From positions 4,402,001-4,466,000 of the forward strand of contig JAQFVV010000006.1 of assembly GCA_028023455.1 (NCBI GenBank): DNA of 64,000 bases, given 5' to 3'. Shown here in pieces: positions 42,001 to 54,653 of the stretch. How positions within the stretch are numbered: position 1 is the stretch's first letter; every line of letters begins with the position of its first letter. Position numbers and translations under genes: made by a program. Under the pieces are notes generated by a model that was not told where the DNA came from, ran no database searches, and was given only the letters and a program-made list of their open reading frames with translations. The stretch is from Epiperipatus broadwayi. Taxonomy: Eukaryota; Animalia; Onychophora.

Positions 42001-42274
42001 TGTTGTTTTTTTTCTAAATTAATAATATCTTTTAAATAGAAAATATAAAAAAAGATACATCCATAAGTGCAAAATCAATGAATATTTGTATTTCATTACT
42101 TATAATAATAAAAAAAAATTTTTTTTTTTGTTGTTAATCATCATTAGGGCACAATCATGCTAAAAGGATGCTATGGCAAAGTAAATTAATGCCTTAAGAT
42201 CACAGGCTTTTTGTTTGATAATTGTGGAATCATGCATTCTAGTATATATATATACCAACAATGTTGGCAAAGAT

Positions 42275-42730
42275 ATGCTTATAAACAACAGCGCTCAAGA
42301 ATAGGTGGTTCCATTGTATTCTTGATCTTTAATTCATAGCCTGGGGAAGAGTGATCTATTCTCTTTGTTTACATATATATTGAGCTATATTTTAAAGTTT
42401 ACATATTAAATATTATTTAATTATTACAATAAAAGTGTTAAAAAAGAGATTCTGTCTCCAATCTTGTATAATTGATTACGAGTTTAATAAAAGTGCTATA
42501 TTCCATCTGGATGATAAATTAATTTCACTCTGAGTTACCGCCAATGTTGACGAAGTTTATGCTTATAAATATCAGAGCTCCAAGAAATAAATAGATGAAT
42601 TTATTATATTCTTGAGCTTTCAAAGTTCAAATTTAGAGCACTTTTAATTCATAACCTGGAAGAGAGTGATTTACTCCCTTTGTTTACATATACATTGATC
42701 TATGTTTAATTTAAAGTGTGTATATTATTA
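42275..42730 (+). repeat. Diverged ~150-bp direct repeats
   Basis: tatgcttataaa...ttaattcata.cctgg...gagtgat...ctttgtttacatata at ~42275 and ~42558. Confidence 0.7.
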
Positions 42731-42770
42731 AGATCTTACAGGTATATAAAAATGTACATTTAAATACTAG

Positions 42771-43606
42771 TATATATAGATAAATTGTTTTTTAGGTTAA
42801 ACCAGTATTATTTTCCATTACATACTGATATTTCGATGAACTAACATCCGCCATTGTCATTGTTAACTTTTGGGGAAAAAATTGTTATATTTCAAACAGT
42901 AACATGATTGAGTACGAGATGAGAAATGAGATTCAGCTTAATATAGTTTAGCATTGAAAATATGAGGCTTATCAAAGTGTTTATTTCCTTGTTTTTACAC
43001 CTATTAATTTTAAGTTAATATTAGAAGACAGAGATAAAATGAGAGGTTTCCACATAGCTGGAATACGTTGTGCTTCATCAGCCCTATTTAAACCTGTAGG
43101 TCTCTTTAATATTTCAAATGATTCTTAAATCATACCTTTCCAAATTAGTAAGTATTTTTGCATTGTCAAAATCAGGTTTGTGACCAATTTCTAAAAAATG
43201 GGATTTTGACAATGTGAAAATACTTGCTATGATTTAAGAACCATGAGAGAGTCAATTGAAATATTAAAGAGACCTACTGGTTTAAATAGGGCTGATGAAG
43301 CACAACGTATTCCAGCTATGTGGAAACCTCCCATTTTATCTCGGTCTTCTAATATTAACTTAAAATTAATAGGTGGAAAAACTGAAGGAAATAAACATTT
43401 TGATAAATCTTATATTTTGAATGCTAAATTACTTTAAGCTGAATCTCATCTGTCATCTCACACTCAGTCACGTTACTGTTTGAGATCTAACGATTTTTCT
43501 TTCAAAAGTTAATCTTAACAATGGCGGATGCTAGTTGGTCAAAATATCGGTATGTAATGGAAAATAATACACAGTTTAATCCCAAAAACAATTTATCTAT
43601 ATTATA
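42771..43606. mobile_element. Penelope-like element 3' end in head-to-head palindrome (GIY-YIG C-terminus relic)
   Basis: Arms jointly encode EIGHKPDFDNAKILTNLERYDLRI-RESIEILKRPTGLNRADEAQRIPAMWKP; loop 43174-43201; probable 16-bp TSD (1 mismatch) at 42763-42778 and 43629-43644. Confidence 0.82.
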
Positions 43607-43660
43607 CAACTGTGAAAACATTAAATATAATACTAGTTTATATACTTTAAACTAGATGTA

Positions 43661-43937
43661 ATTAGAGAGGATTTGAACCCAGACTTTTAAGTTTCCTTTA
43701 ATGATCCGCTCTTATACAACTAATATACATGACCACATACATGTGAAAAAGATAATTGATCTCTAATATACATATTTCATGCTGAACCAGACGAACTGAT
43801 AAGTATTGGTTCAGAATGAAATATGTTTATTGGAGATCATTTTTATCTTTTTCACATGTATGTGGTTGTGCGTATTGTTTGCATAAGATGAATAGATGAC
43901 TAAAGGGAGCTTGAAAGTCTGGGTTCAAATTTCTAAT
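43661..43937. mobile_element. Fold-back element with outward-facing tRNA-like B boxes
   Basis: Arms 43661-43789 and 43807-43937; GGTTCAAATCC/GGTTCAAATTT near both outer ends. Confidence 0.7.
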
Positions 43938-44056
43938 ATTTATATATATTATCTTCTAATCTATAAAGGACTTACAATGATTGAGATTATGAATAATAAC
44001 TCACTAGACATTATTAAGATCTTGCATATATATAAAAATTTATAATTCTTTTACAG

Positions 44057-44200
44057 GTCCATTTTCTTGGAACAGGAAGGGAAGTCACTGGATTCTTTTA
44101 GTATTTATAATACACTGATAATGCAATCCCCTACAACTCACCTGTATCCCAAATTACCTCTGTCTACTATTGACAATAATAATGAAGCCGAAATTACCAG
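44057..44200 (+). CDS. USP30: USP30-like exon in the variable insertion region
   Basis: ttttacag acceptor, gtatgg donor; 144 nt stop-free (SIFLEQEGKSLDSF...EAEIT), phase 2-2 fits both neighbours; low sequence conservation. Confidence 0.75.
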
Positions 44201-45479
44201 GTATGGATTATTTTCTAAAGCAAAATTAATACTTTTACATAGCTAATGTATTGTATTGTAACGGGATTTAATCTTCCTTTACCATTTATTCTAAGTTTAT
44301 TTATTTATCGTTCTATTTTATTAGATCATATTAATCTTTAATACCTTATATCTAGACCCTGATATTTAAGCAGAGGAGTAAAATATCAATATTTATATAT
44401 TAATCATACGCCTGGTCAGATCGAGATTTAATAAAAATATTAAAACAACAGTCACTTTTTCTGATCGGGGTACTTCTCCCTACTGCAAGAAGCGTTGACA
44501 CATCTCATAGGGATATTTATAATGGGTTTAAATCCTATGGGCACCTTCCAGTCATTTGACTGGAACCCAAGAGACAAAATTAACATGTTTCATGGCTAGC
44601 TATACAGAATATTTAAATATAATTATCTATTTAATCATAGGTAAAGTGAGAGATAAAGAGAGAAATGCAAATCGCACCCTAATAATTTACACATATTTAA
44701 TATAAAAAAACATGAGAAATATTTAACATTTAAAACACAAATATAAACATTTATTAAAACTATAATATTTTCAAACAATCAAATGCTTATTTGCATATAT
44801 TTTAAAATTAATAAATAGAAATGATAACTAGAAATAAATTTTAAAAATTCACTTTTGAAATAAAATGTAAAAGTTTTATCAAGACATCTAACATATTTAT
44901 TTAGGATTTTTTTTATATAGTATCTGGGTGATCACCCCTGTCTTCTGATCCGCTCAGATTTATAATGGGATTCTCGTGATAGTTGGACGCTTTCTCTTGG
45001 TTTAGTATATTACGGTTAGATTACATGACGGGTATAAAGATTGGCAAAGACATCTGACTAATGATGTCCAGGAGATGGACTGTGGAAATGAACAAACACT
45101 TGACTTTGGTCTAGCCACATTTTTTTTACCAACATGATCATATAAAGATTGTTTCATTCTGCTAGATTTAGTCGTTTTAGCTGGCTTATAGACTCTTTGG
45201 TTAACTAACTATCTTTCTTCTTTTGCTTTCTGCTGCTGCTGCTCTTTCTTTTTCTTCTTCCTCTGACGTTTTTCTATATGTCAGATATTAAACTTGAACA
45301 ATAGGCGATTTCAGTATATATACCCTCTGACTCTGCCAACTGCTTGAATTGTTACCCACGTTATCAATTCATTTGATCTTTATTTTTCTATCTTTAATTA
45401 GTTATATTTTTCATTATTTTTTTTAATTACATAAGAAATTTAGTGAATATTGTTTATTTAATCAGTCTGGAATCTTATC

Positions 45480-46350
45480 TCCAGAACTGATTACGTACTG
45501 TGCAAAAATTGTTTCCAATTGATTATAAACTTTTAATTAACAATGCTTCCAATTAAAAGTACTTTTGAAAGGATTATATGTTAAGTTGTACTACATATGC
45601 CAATGGCAGATATCATCAAAAAAATATCTTTGGTCAGTAGAAGAATTGATGAAATAGTTCAAGGTGTTGAAGTTTTATTATTTGAGTCTTTAGAAACTTT
45701 TCACTTCTCTATATAGTAATGAGTCAACTGTGCTAGAAAATGAAGGCTTATGAGAATATTTCATATATTCGGCAAATTTTTTTAAAGGGAAAAATGGGCC
45801 TTTCACTGATATCTTTTCAGTTGTTATGGATGGTCTTTAACAATGATAGGCGAGTGCAGGGACTTCCTTGCATATTTTAAAAAAGCAATTCTGAATGTAA
45901 TTACGGTTCACTATGTCATTCATCATCAACATTTAGTTGCCAAAAATCTGAGAGAACTTTTACAAAGGTCACTATATTACATCATTAAAACAATCAGCAA
46001 AATCAGACAGTTTGACAACTTTATATTGAAAACGATGAAGAATTTGATCGTTTGCTGCTTTATAAAGAAGTTCATTGGATATCAAAAGGTATCTGTTTTG
46101 ATTGTTTATATAATATCTTCTGAGTCAGTGCAAGAATTCTTAGAAAACAAACAACTTGATTGATTCAAAAAGGACCAGTTTATTTGTCACATTTGTTTAA
46201 TAAGTTTAACAAAACAGACTTAATCCAAACAGAAATTATTCTTTACACATTTGTGGTAAAATTGTTTCTGCACAAACTGAATTTAGGATTACATTCCCCT
46301 TAACAGTTTAAAAACAGGATGAAATCTTATTTAAATTATTTTCAGCACTG
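45480..46350 (+). mobile_element. Decayed hAT (Buster/ZBED5-like) transposase fragment
   Basis: SRRIDEIVQGVE, ESTV and MIGECRDFLAYFKKAILNVITVHYVIHHQHLVAKNL remnants. Confidence 0.75.
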
Positions 46351-46410
46351 GGTTCTCCAGTCTGACATCAGTCAACGATCTGAAGATATTTTTAAAAATG
46401 AACATGTCCG

Positions 46411-46797
46411 ATAAGAGGAGGTGGTCATGTGATGTTTATTGCCTTAAAACCAATCCTGCCTAATAGGATAGTGGTGTCTATGGTTATTAAAGAACCAAAG
46501 ACACCAAAATGTATGTACTGAACTGGGTTCAGACCCATATGACTATAAGCTAATGGGCTTGTATTGAAAACATTAAGGTGTTTTCAGTTAAAAACTCATA
46601 GTTTTGTAGTTAAATGGAGATAAAAGGTGGTTGCTGGAGGGTTGCATTAGATTCTAAGATCTAGATGCAGTGCTCTCAGATCCAAGGCTCCTCACTGATG
46701 AAGCCCATAAGCCAGAAACTAGTCTGGGGATATTGGATGAGTAGGCACTAGATGGGGATTTTATGTACAAGCCTTCTGGCATCCATTAATTACTCCT
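46411..46797 (+). mobile_element. Family A single arm preceded by the tail sequence
   Basis: ggtcatgtgatgtttatt runs into aatcctgcc...ataggat and the arm body; HHR-like core at 46695-46724. Confidence 0.82.
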
Positions 46798-47430
46798 AGC
46801 TGTTGTGTGTGACAATAACTATAGTTAGTTTTGCCTGTTTTAACATAGTTTTCAAGAAATAAATGGCAAAAGCAATCAAACGGCTACAAGAATTATATAA
46901 GCAATTTAAAATTCTCTGCTCAAAGACAGGGAAGGGAAAAAGTAGATAAGAAATTAGAACAATCAGGTTTCCAGATCTCATCTTACAGTAATATTTAATA
47001 TTTTTTCTAAATATACAGTAGTAAATACAAGATCAACAAAGGGATTCACTTATGTAATATATCTACAATACTGCAGCGGTTGATACATGATATATTCTTA
47101 TTTATAGTTTTTTAACCCAGCATACAATTATTCACTTCTCATACTCCTTTTGGCTCTTCAATGAAGTCCAAATATATCAGTGCTTACAGATAACTTCAGG
47201 TTTTTCAGATTAGACAGGTTTTAGGTACTTTTTGGAATTTTAATAGTTCAAATCTCTAGCGTTTTGTTCCTCAGATATCTTAATTTGATTATCCTCAAAT
47301 TTACTTTTGAATTCAAACTGGTTATGTATTTGAAACTTTCATTAGCTTAGATTGTATAAATATAATCAATGGTTTATTGCTTGGCAGTTTTTAAGAAGTT
47401 CGTGCAATCAGATGATGTAGCAGGGTTACG

Positions 47431-47529
47431 ATCCATCGACTTTGATCTCCAGAATTGATCACTCGACCACCGCAATTCTGCTGCAATCCATCGACTTTGA
47501 TCTCCAGAATTGATCACTCGACCACCGCA
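47431..47529 (+). repeat. Exact 44-bp GC-rich direct repeat, period 55
   Basis: atccatcgactttgatctccagaattgatcactcgaccaccgca at 47431 and 47486. Confidence 0.92.
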
Positions 47530-47538
47530 CTTAATGAT

Positions 47539-47968
47539 GCAAAACAGTATAAAGGAAGTAAGAGTGACTTCTGAGTGTGTGTGTATGATCCATAAAGTCA
47601 TGGACCAAAATGGCTGGCTGCATCTAACATCATCTTAAAGTTTTGCTTCTTTTTTTTAGTTGTAAATTGAAACTTTGAGTTCCTGATGCAACCTGTCCTT
47701 GCCTTATACCACACTAAAGAGCAGAACCTTGCATTTAAGCAAAACAGTATAAAGGAAATAAGACTTGACTTCTGAATGTGTTTGTATGATCTAGTAATCA
47801 TGATTGATAATGACTAAAAAAAACTGCAGAAAATCGTAGACCAAAATGGCTGGCTTCATCTAAAATCCTGAAGTTTTGCTTTTCTTTTAGTGTAAATTGA
47901 AACTTTGAGTTCATGAGGCAACCTGTTCTTGCCTTACACTACCCTAAACAGCAGAACCTCGCATTTAA
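47539..47968 (+). repeat. Tandem ~200-230-bp duplication
   Basis: Both units begin gcaaaacagtataaaggaa and end gcagaacct.gcatttaa. Confidence 0.88.
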
Positions 47969-48740
47969 AAATAAGGATTTTTTTTTAACTGCTACTTCAT
48001 TTTTTTTTTTCTAAAATAACTAGAGTATTAAAAAATATATCGTAAAGAATAATTACAATTTTTTTGAAATATATATACATAATTGTGTATGTTACTTTGA
48101 AATTGGAGAAATGGTAAAAAGTATCCTTTAAAATTAAAAAAAAAAAGAAGATTTAAGGCTTAGTAATGTACAATGAACCATGACAAAGGTACTCTTGATG
48201 AACATCTGTTAAGATCAATTATTTTTTAAAGGTTTTTATTTAACTTATAAACTTGGGTCGTTTTCTTATTTCACACAAATCTTATAACCCGTTCTTTAAT
48301 TGAACAGATTTTCATCAAATTTTGTTCATGTGTTAAGTATCTATGGCAGTGCAATATTTCTGCCCAATTTAACAATGTTGGTGGGCTGAATTTCAAACTA
48401 CCTTGATATCCGTCCAATATGTCTTCAGTGATGCACAATAGGTAGTGATATAATTTTTAAAACATAATCATTGAATTTCGTGACTTAATTTCCTAAAAAG
48501 CATTTACAATTCATTAAAACAGAAAGGAAAAGAAATGAAGGATGAAACCTTAATTTTTGTTGATTGTTAAACTAAAACTTGCTTTTTACATAAAAAAAAA
48601 AAAAAAACCGTCTTAACAATTACTAGTGTGCATGAATTGTATCTGGAAATATAGCGACATTGCTGTGATTGTCGGTTTTTAAATTTGAATATAAAAAATC
48701 CGTTGCAAAATATCCATCAGTTACTAGTTTTATCTAGTAT

Positions 48741-49022
48741 AAAAACATCATATGGTCACCATTTCATATGCTTTCACGGGCTGGTAATAACACAGTAGTG
48801 CCACCAAATGCAAGCCTTAGTAATCAATGAATGCAAGGTGGTTTATGCATAAAATCCTTATCCACAGCTTCACACTGATGAAAGCCACAAGCTAGAAACT
48901 AGTCTGGCGATATTGGATCAGAAGGCACTAGATAGAGATTTTATGCACTAACTTTGCATCCATTGATTACAAAGGCTCGCACTTGGTGGCACTTCTGTAT
49001 GGAGAGTTTGCTATTAGTTTTA
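48741..49022. mobile_element. Family A internally deleted copy, tail on left (reverse orientation)
   Basis: catcatatggtcaccatttcatatgc is the reverse complement of the tail; HHR core at 48875-48904. Confidence 0.82.
48875..48904 (+). ncRNA. Hammerhead core (family A), stem I damaged
   Basis: CUGAUGA-A-AGC-CACAA-GCU-A-GAAAC-UA-GUC. Confidence 0.6.
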
Positions 49023-50193
49023 ACTATTAATTAATTTACGGACATCCCGCACTTTTATTTCAATTTGCATACGAAAACCAGAATTGTGGTAGAAGAAAAA
49101 GTAATTAATTTTTTAAATAAAAATTCTGTCATATTTTAGTAATTATTTTAAAAAACAGTTGGAAAGACTGACGTAAACAGCTTTAGCATAATCAAGGCGT
49201 ATATTATTATTAACATACTACTTATAATATTATGAAAACTCCATCACAGAAATGTAATAAACTTAGTGCTAACAAAACTTATTATACAGAGAAAACGTTT
49301 AGAACATTAAATATAACTGATTCATTTTCGGTTCCTTTGAAAAAGATGTTCAGCAGTGGATGTATATTTAAGTTATATTTATTCTCGTAATATTTTACTC
49401 GCGTGTGAAGCATCGTTAGTATTCAATTTCAACTGTTAACAAATATATGAAAATTATCCCCATTAACGTTCCATTGACAGAGGAAAATCAAACAAATCAC
49501 AGAATTTTTTATTTTAGAGATAATATATTGCAATCCTTTTAAATCAACAGACTTAGTTATCCATGCTTGAAAGAATGTTTTAGAAAAATGAGAAATGCGA
49601 ACTTGTATATTTTATATGCGCACACAAACAACATAATAACTCATCCGAGTCAGCCATTTTTTATCTTGCAAAGTCATTTATGCTGATTGCTTTTTTTCTA
49701 TTATTTTTTGCATTTATTATTGAACTGTCTTTTGTATGATTGCATTATTTTATGTTTTTATTGGCATCTAAACGACATTTTTCAAATTGTGTCGTAGGTA
49801 TGCATGCAGATGGTAAAAACATGTGCTTTGCTCTTATTCATGGTTTCAATTATCTATAAGAAGGTGGGAAGTGAATAAAGCTCATATAATTATATACAAA
49901 GAAAATACATCACTAAAGCCGTCATGCTTAGATTGATAAATATTTTAACATCCTTTTGACAAGTTGATATTAGGAATACTTAGGGAGTGGAAATACCTAT
50001 CTATTCATAATACAGTCTTGACAAAGGATGGTAAAATATTTTATTAGTTTAAGTACGAGGATAGTCCAGACAATAATTTATATATAATTAAACAATTAAA
50101 TTAGCATATTAAGTTTAATATATATATATATGAACAATGGGTCGAAATTTATTTTTTTCTGTACTATTTCGTTAACACAATTAATATCCCGTG

Positions 50194-50410
50194 CAGTTTG
50201 GTGCAGTTGGCAGAGCATCTGAATTAGAAACAGGAGGTCCCAGGATCGACTCTGGCAGTTGAACAACTTCCAAGCAATAAAACCATATGCATTTATTCTA
50301 CTCAGTTTGGTGCAGTTGGTAAGGCATCCAATTTGGGATAGGGAGGTCTCGGAATCATTCTGGCGTTCAAACTTTTAATGAACTCCAGAGCAAATAAAAC
50401 CATTAGTATG
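50194..50410 (+). repeat. Tandem pair of tRNA-derived (SINE-like) heads
   Basis: Two ~110-bp units starting cagtttggtgcagttgg (A box), with GGATCGACTC / GGAATCATTC B-box-like motifs. Confidence 0.65.
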
Positions 50411-50762
50411 TGTTTTTTTAAAAAAAATTTAACACAATCAAATTTTTATAAAGAAAATGTATAAAAAATTATAGGAACTATAATTTGGCAATGCAGTAAC
50501 TATCTTATAATCCTGCACGGGTTTCCTCTGTGACTTCTAGCGATCAAACTTCTTACGAATTGTCAAGTGATAAATTATTCAATTATTTACTTTTTACTAT
50601 TATAATTAATAAAAAAAAAGGTAATATTATATTAAAGTAAGTTTTGCTCCACGTAATACATGTATTTTTTTCTAATTAATAAAAATTAGTATTATTATGA
50701 ATTAGATCTAATTTCTTTTCAATGCGTTTTGCCTAATTTCTGTTATTTTTTATTTTTTAAAG

Positions 50763-51036
50763 TTTTGTAAAAGATTCTCAAGAGAAACCTCGTTCACCTG
50801 AATATGTGTATCGCCTTAATTCTATTTTAGTCCATCATGGAGATGTATTTTCCGGCCATTTTGTTACTTATAGAAGAGGAACACCTGACCGTATAGCATC
50901 TAGTAATTGGTTTTATACATCGGACACCATTGTAAAAAAGGCCTCCTTAGAGGAGGTTTTAAGTGCCGATGCATACATGTTATTTTATGAAAAATTACAC
51001 AAAGAAAATATTTCTTGCTTAACGTCAGAATTGTGA
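50763..51036 (+). CDS. USP30: USP30-like last coding exon (His box, Ser-Asp box, stop)
   Basis: AG at 50761-50762; YRLNSILVHHGDVFSGHFVTYRR...WFYTSDTIVKKASLEEVLSADAYMLFYEK...TGA. Confidence 0.96.
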
Positions 51037-53200
51037 AATGGTTACTTTGAAAAGTATTTATTACATATTTGTATTATTAAAATATTCGCGTGCATATCTG
51101 AAGTTTGACAATATTGATAAATCAACTATGGAAGAAACATTACAATGTGAGAGATGACGGCGAGAATCAAATTGCATGAACGGTATATTTATTCTTCGAA
51201 TTGTACACTGTTATGAGAAAGCTATTCTCATTATGTAGAAAGAAATCATTTTATTTAGTTCTTAGTTTTATTTATTAGGTTTGTTCTTTAATTTTGTACA
51301 TGAAACAGAAGAGGTGTCAGATTTCCGTCTTTTGTTTTGACGATTTGTTTGCAATGATGGATTGAACTGAAGTATTCTGTTTATTTTGTATATTTGCTGA
51401 AGTAGTACTTCAGACTTTTTTAAAATTAATCGGAACACTCTTGTAATTTGTTCCTCCTTCTATATTGTCATTTTTTCTTTCTGGGGTAGTACATGTTTGA
51501 AGTTTTTGTATGTCATATGACTGCATCAGCTGGTCATTAATTTGGAGCACAGGGTAAGGAAATATCCACTTTTGCAAAGTAGCAGAGAGATAGTTTTTTT
51601 GTTTGTTTGTTTAACTTTATGCTTAGGCTTATGTTGTTTTTATCTCTAATGTTAAATTTTTTACTTAATGATTTTATGTTAATTTGTTTGCAAATGACAC
51701 ACTATGGTTTCATTAATCTTTTTTTTTCTATGCATGTATCTAAAAGGGAGAAGTAAACAATTAGTTAAATTATAATGCGGATATAATAATGTAAGTTTTT
51801 TTTAAATTAATTCAAATGTTAGCTATTATTAATCGCATAAGATACCGGTTTGTATAATAATTTTCATGTTTTGTGTGATTATTGTTGGTGTGTAACTTTT
51901 TTCTGTTTCTCATTATTCTTTACGAGTAGAAATTGCCTCATTGCGTATATTGTAAGTTTCTTTCAGCTATAAAATTTGCATACCAATCTTTTTTTAAAAA
52001 TTGAAAGTATAGTATTGCAAAGATTTATATCTGTGTGTTTGTGTGTACATATTATAACCTCCATCTTTTGGTAATGGAATTTTATGTACTTTATAGTTAA
52101 CATTTAAAAAAAAAAAAAACCCCCATTAAAAGAAAATAAAAAATAAGCATGCTTTTCAATATATATTTCTCAGAATTGTTATTTAGCATTTAATATATTT
52201 ATTTTATTGTTTACTGGTTTAGAAAAGATCTAATATGCATATACAACAAATCAGACAGCAAGCTACATATATTGTTATCTTAAGTGGATAATATATTCAA
52301 ATTACAGTGAATGAAATAACAACAAACTTCAGTTATGCACGTGTACTAACGCTACACGATATAAAATGACTTCTACTCAGATGAAGCGATAAATTTAGAT
52401 AGTCATAATAAAGTATTTGCTAAGAAAATGGTTTTTGACATTTATAAGATGTATAAGAGGGCTAATTTAACAAAAAACACACCTGTACGAAATTTTATTT
52501 TTGTGTTTTCATTATGTACGCATTTGAATTTTTGGGTTTGAGCATTTACAGTGAGAAAGATTGTTTTTTCCAAAGGGGAAGAGATATCAAAGAATGTTTT
52601 TTTTTTTTAAAGTAAGTCACGATCCTTTTACCTTGTTACACTTTATAACTATTTTAGGTATTACCCTATTTTATTTATTTATTATTTTGCCACTAAATTT
52701 ATTATTTTTAAATTGTTTTGGTTACCGTTTGTGGTGTACATGCACATAGTAATCACATAAAAATAACAGTGATTTTTTTATTTAAAAAAAAAAAAAAAAC
52801 AGTTTGTAATGGCATAAATTTTTCAGATTAGAATGGACTAAAAAGTTATGATTGAAGTAGTCTTCTGTGTGTGTGTTTTAATGTACTTAGTAAAAAATTA
52901 TTTGAAGCCGTTTTGATATAAATCGTTTGAAAAGTATGGTGTGAATTTTTTTTATTTGTGATTAAATAATATTGACAGTGTATATTGCTTTAGCAAAATT
53001 TCATAATTGGTATGATTTTTTTGAATTGATTTTGAACTGGTATATATAATAAATTTTATTAAATGAAAAAATATTTTATTTATAAAACAAATTTTATACA
53101 TTTTTTTTTTTTAAATGTAATTCCATAAATAAATTTGTTGAAAATCAGTGTTTCTTGACCCTTCTTTCATGGTAGCGTCATGCGAATTCAGATAAACATT
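51037..53200 (+). other. Probable USP30 3' UTR (end not determinable)
   Basis: Repeat-poor, U-rich sequence after the stop; AATAAA candidates near 52135 and 53127. Confidence 0.4.
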
Positions 53201-54358
53201 CACAATCTTGCAGTATAAAAATAGTTATAAATTATTTGAACTTAATACGAGTATAATTTGTATTGTATCGATTTACATTTTATGCAGTATGTCATAAATA
53301 GCAACTTATTACATATGTAATAATTAATAAATATGTATATAAAGTTAATGAGATTTTTGTCATTGCTACAGTTCAACGATAGAATTATAAAAAAAAAAAA
53401 ATTCCTGCCGAGACAAATTTCTTCATGGACTAATAAAGCCTGTTCATAGACTGATGGTCGAGAAACATTGATGTTTTATAAGGTATATTGATTTTGTTCT
53501 CTGAACTTATTACTAATACTCTATTACTATTGCTACTAACATATAATAAGTTCTTTATGCAAAAATTGAATATCATTTTACAAATTTTCTAGAAGACATT
53601 TTTTCCCATTATTACCATCATTATATATTTTTTTCACTATCGTGTAACATTAAATCTGGATTTGTTAGACATGTAAATTTATGCCATAGTCTCCAGCGTC
53701 GTAAAATTATTTTACATTATAAAATTTCAACACAACCTAAAACGTTAAGTACTGTCCGTTGTCTAGAGATTTTGAAAGTTGTTGGTACTGCTTCATAAAT
53801 CCTATATAGTCATAGTTTTAATTATTAAATTTAATATTGAGATTCTTTAAACAAAATAATATAATGATTAAAGAAAATCTATATTTATCAAAAAAGAAAT
53901 ATTAAATTGGCGTGTTTATATAGTACCCCTTTCCAAAGCTGCATCCGTTACGTTGCATGATTTTGAACCATAAGTGATTGTTTTCCTGTTATGTTTAGTA
54001 GTAGTATTGATAGTAGTAGCAGGTGTAAGAGAACATAGTTGCATTCATATATCAAAATACATAAAACAATGATCACAATAATTAATATGACTAATCCTTG
54101 AATATTTTTTTTTAGAATTATTTTCACTTAACGTTTTTTATAACTGAAAGCCATTATATTATAGTTCCTATCTGAAAAACAGTTATGAGTCTATCATGTT
54201 TGTAATTTGGATTTTCTTTTTTCGCAATCTTCAAAAGGTTACGGTTGCGAAATGCTTTGTATATGTTTAATTTGTTATACTAAAAATTTTGTATAGATTG
54301 TGATTAATAAATATGTCTTACCTTACTATAATTTGTGTTTTATTTTCTGTTTTTGGTT

Positions 54359-54653
54359 TTATATATAGAGCCTGCAAAATAAGCTATTAACAAGCTTTGA
54401 GAATATTCTCAACCCCAGACTGGTTTCTGCTTCTGGCGTTGACAGTGAGGTGCCATCCATTCAGCATTAGATTAAAAATACTAGGACAAGCCCAGCACTT
54501 TATCTAATGTATAACTATTGAGTAGAAAATCTGAAATTGTCAGACATCCATATGTCTTCCAATCCACCGATGATGCCAGAAGCAGAAACCGGTCTGAGGT
54601 TGAGGATATTCTCAAAGCTTGTTAAGAGTTCATTTTGCAGGCTCTATATATAA
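54359..54653. mobile_element. Family C fold-back element (B-related tail on right)
   Basis: Arms atatatagagcctgcaaaat...attttgcaggctctatatat; HHR-like CCGAUGA-UGC-CAGAA-GCA-GAAAC-CG-GUC at 54567-54594. Confidence 0.82.

Noticed and set aside
43292-43330. CTGATGA...GAAAC inside the PLE ORF as a hammerhead
   Set aside because: It coincides with codons for ADEA...WKP, and no helix III/NUH geometry forms; likely chance.
47600-47830. Minus-strand ATGATTA...GAAG as an A3-U8 hammerhead
   Set aside because: No stem II and no GAAA.
13458-50410. Functional tRNA genes at 13458 and 50194
   Set aside because: A and B boxes only; acceptor and anticodon stems do not pair.
53451-53470. CTGATGG-tcga-GAAAC as a hammerhead
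   Set aside because: A9 missing, no stem II or stem I.
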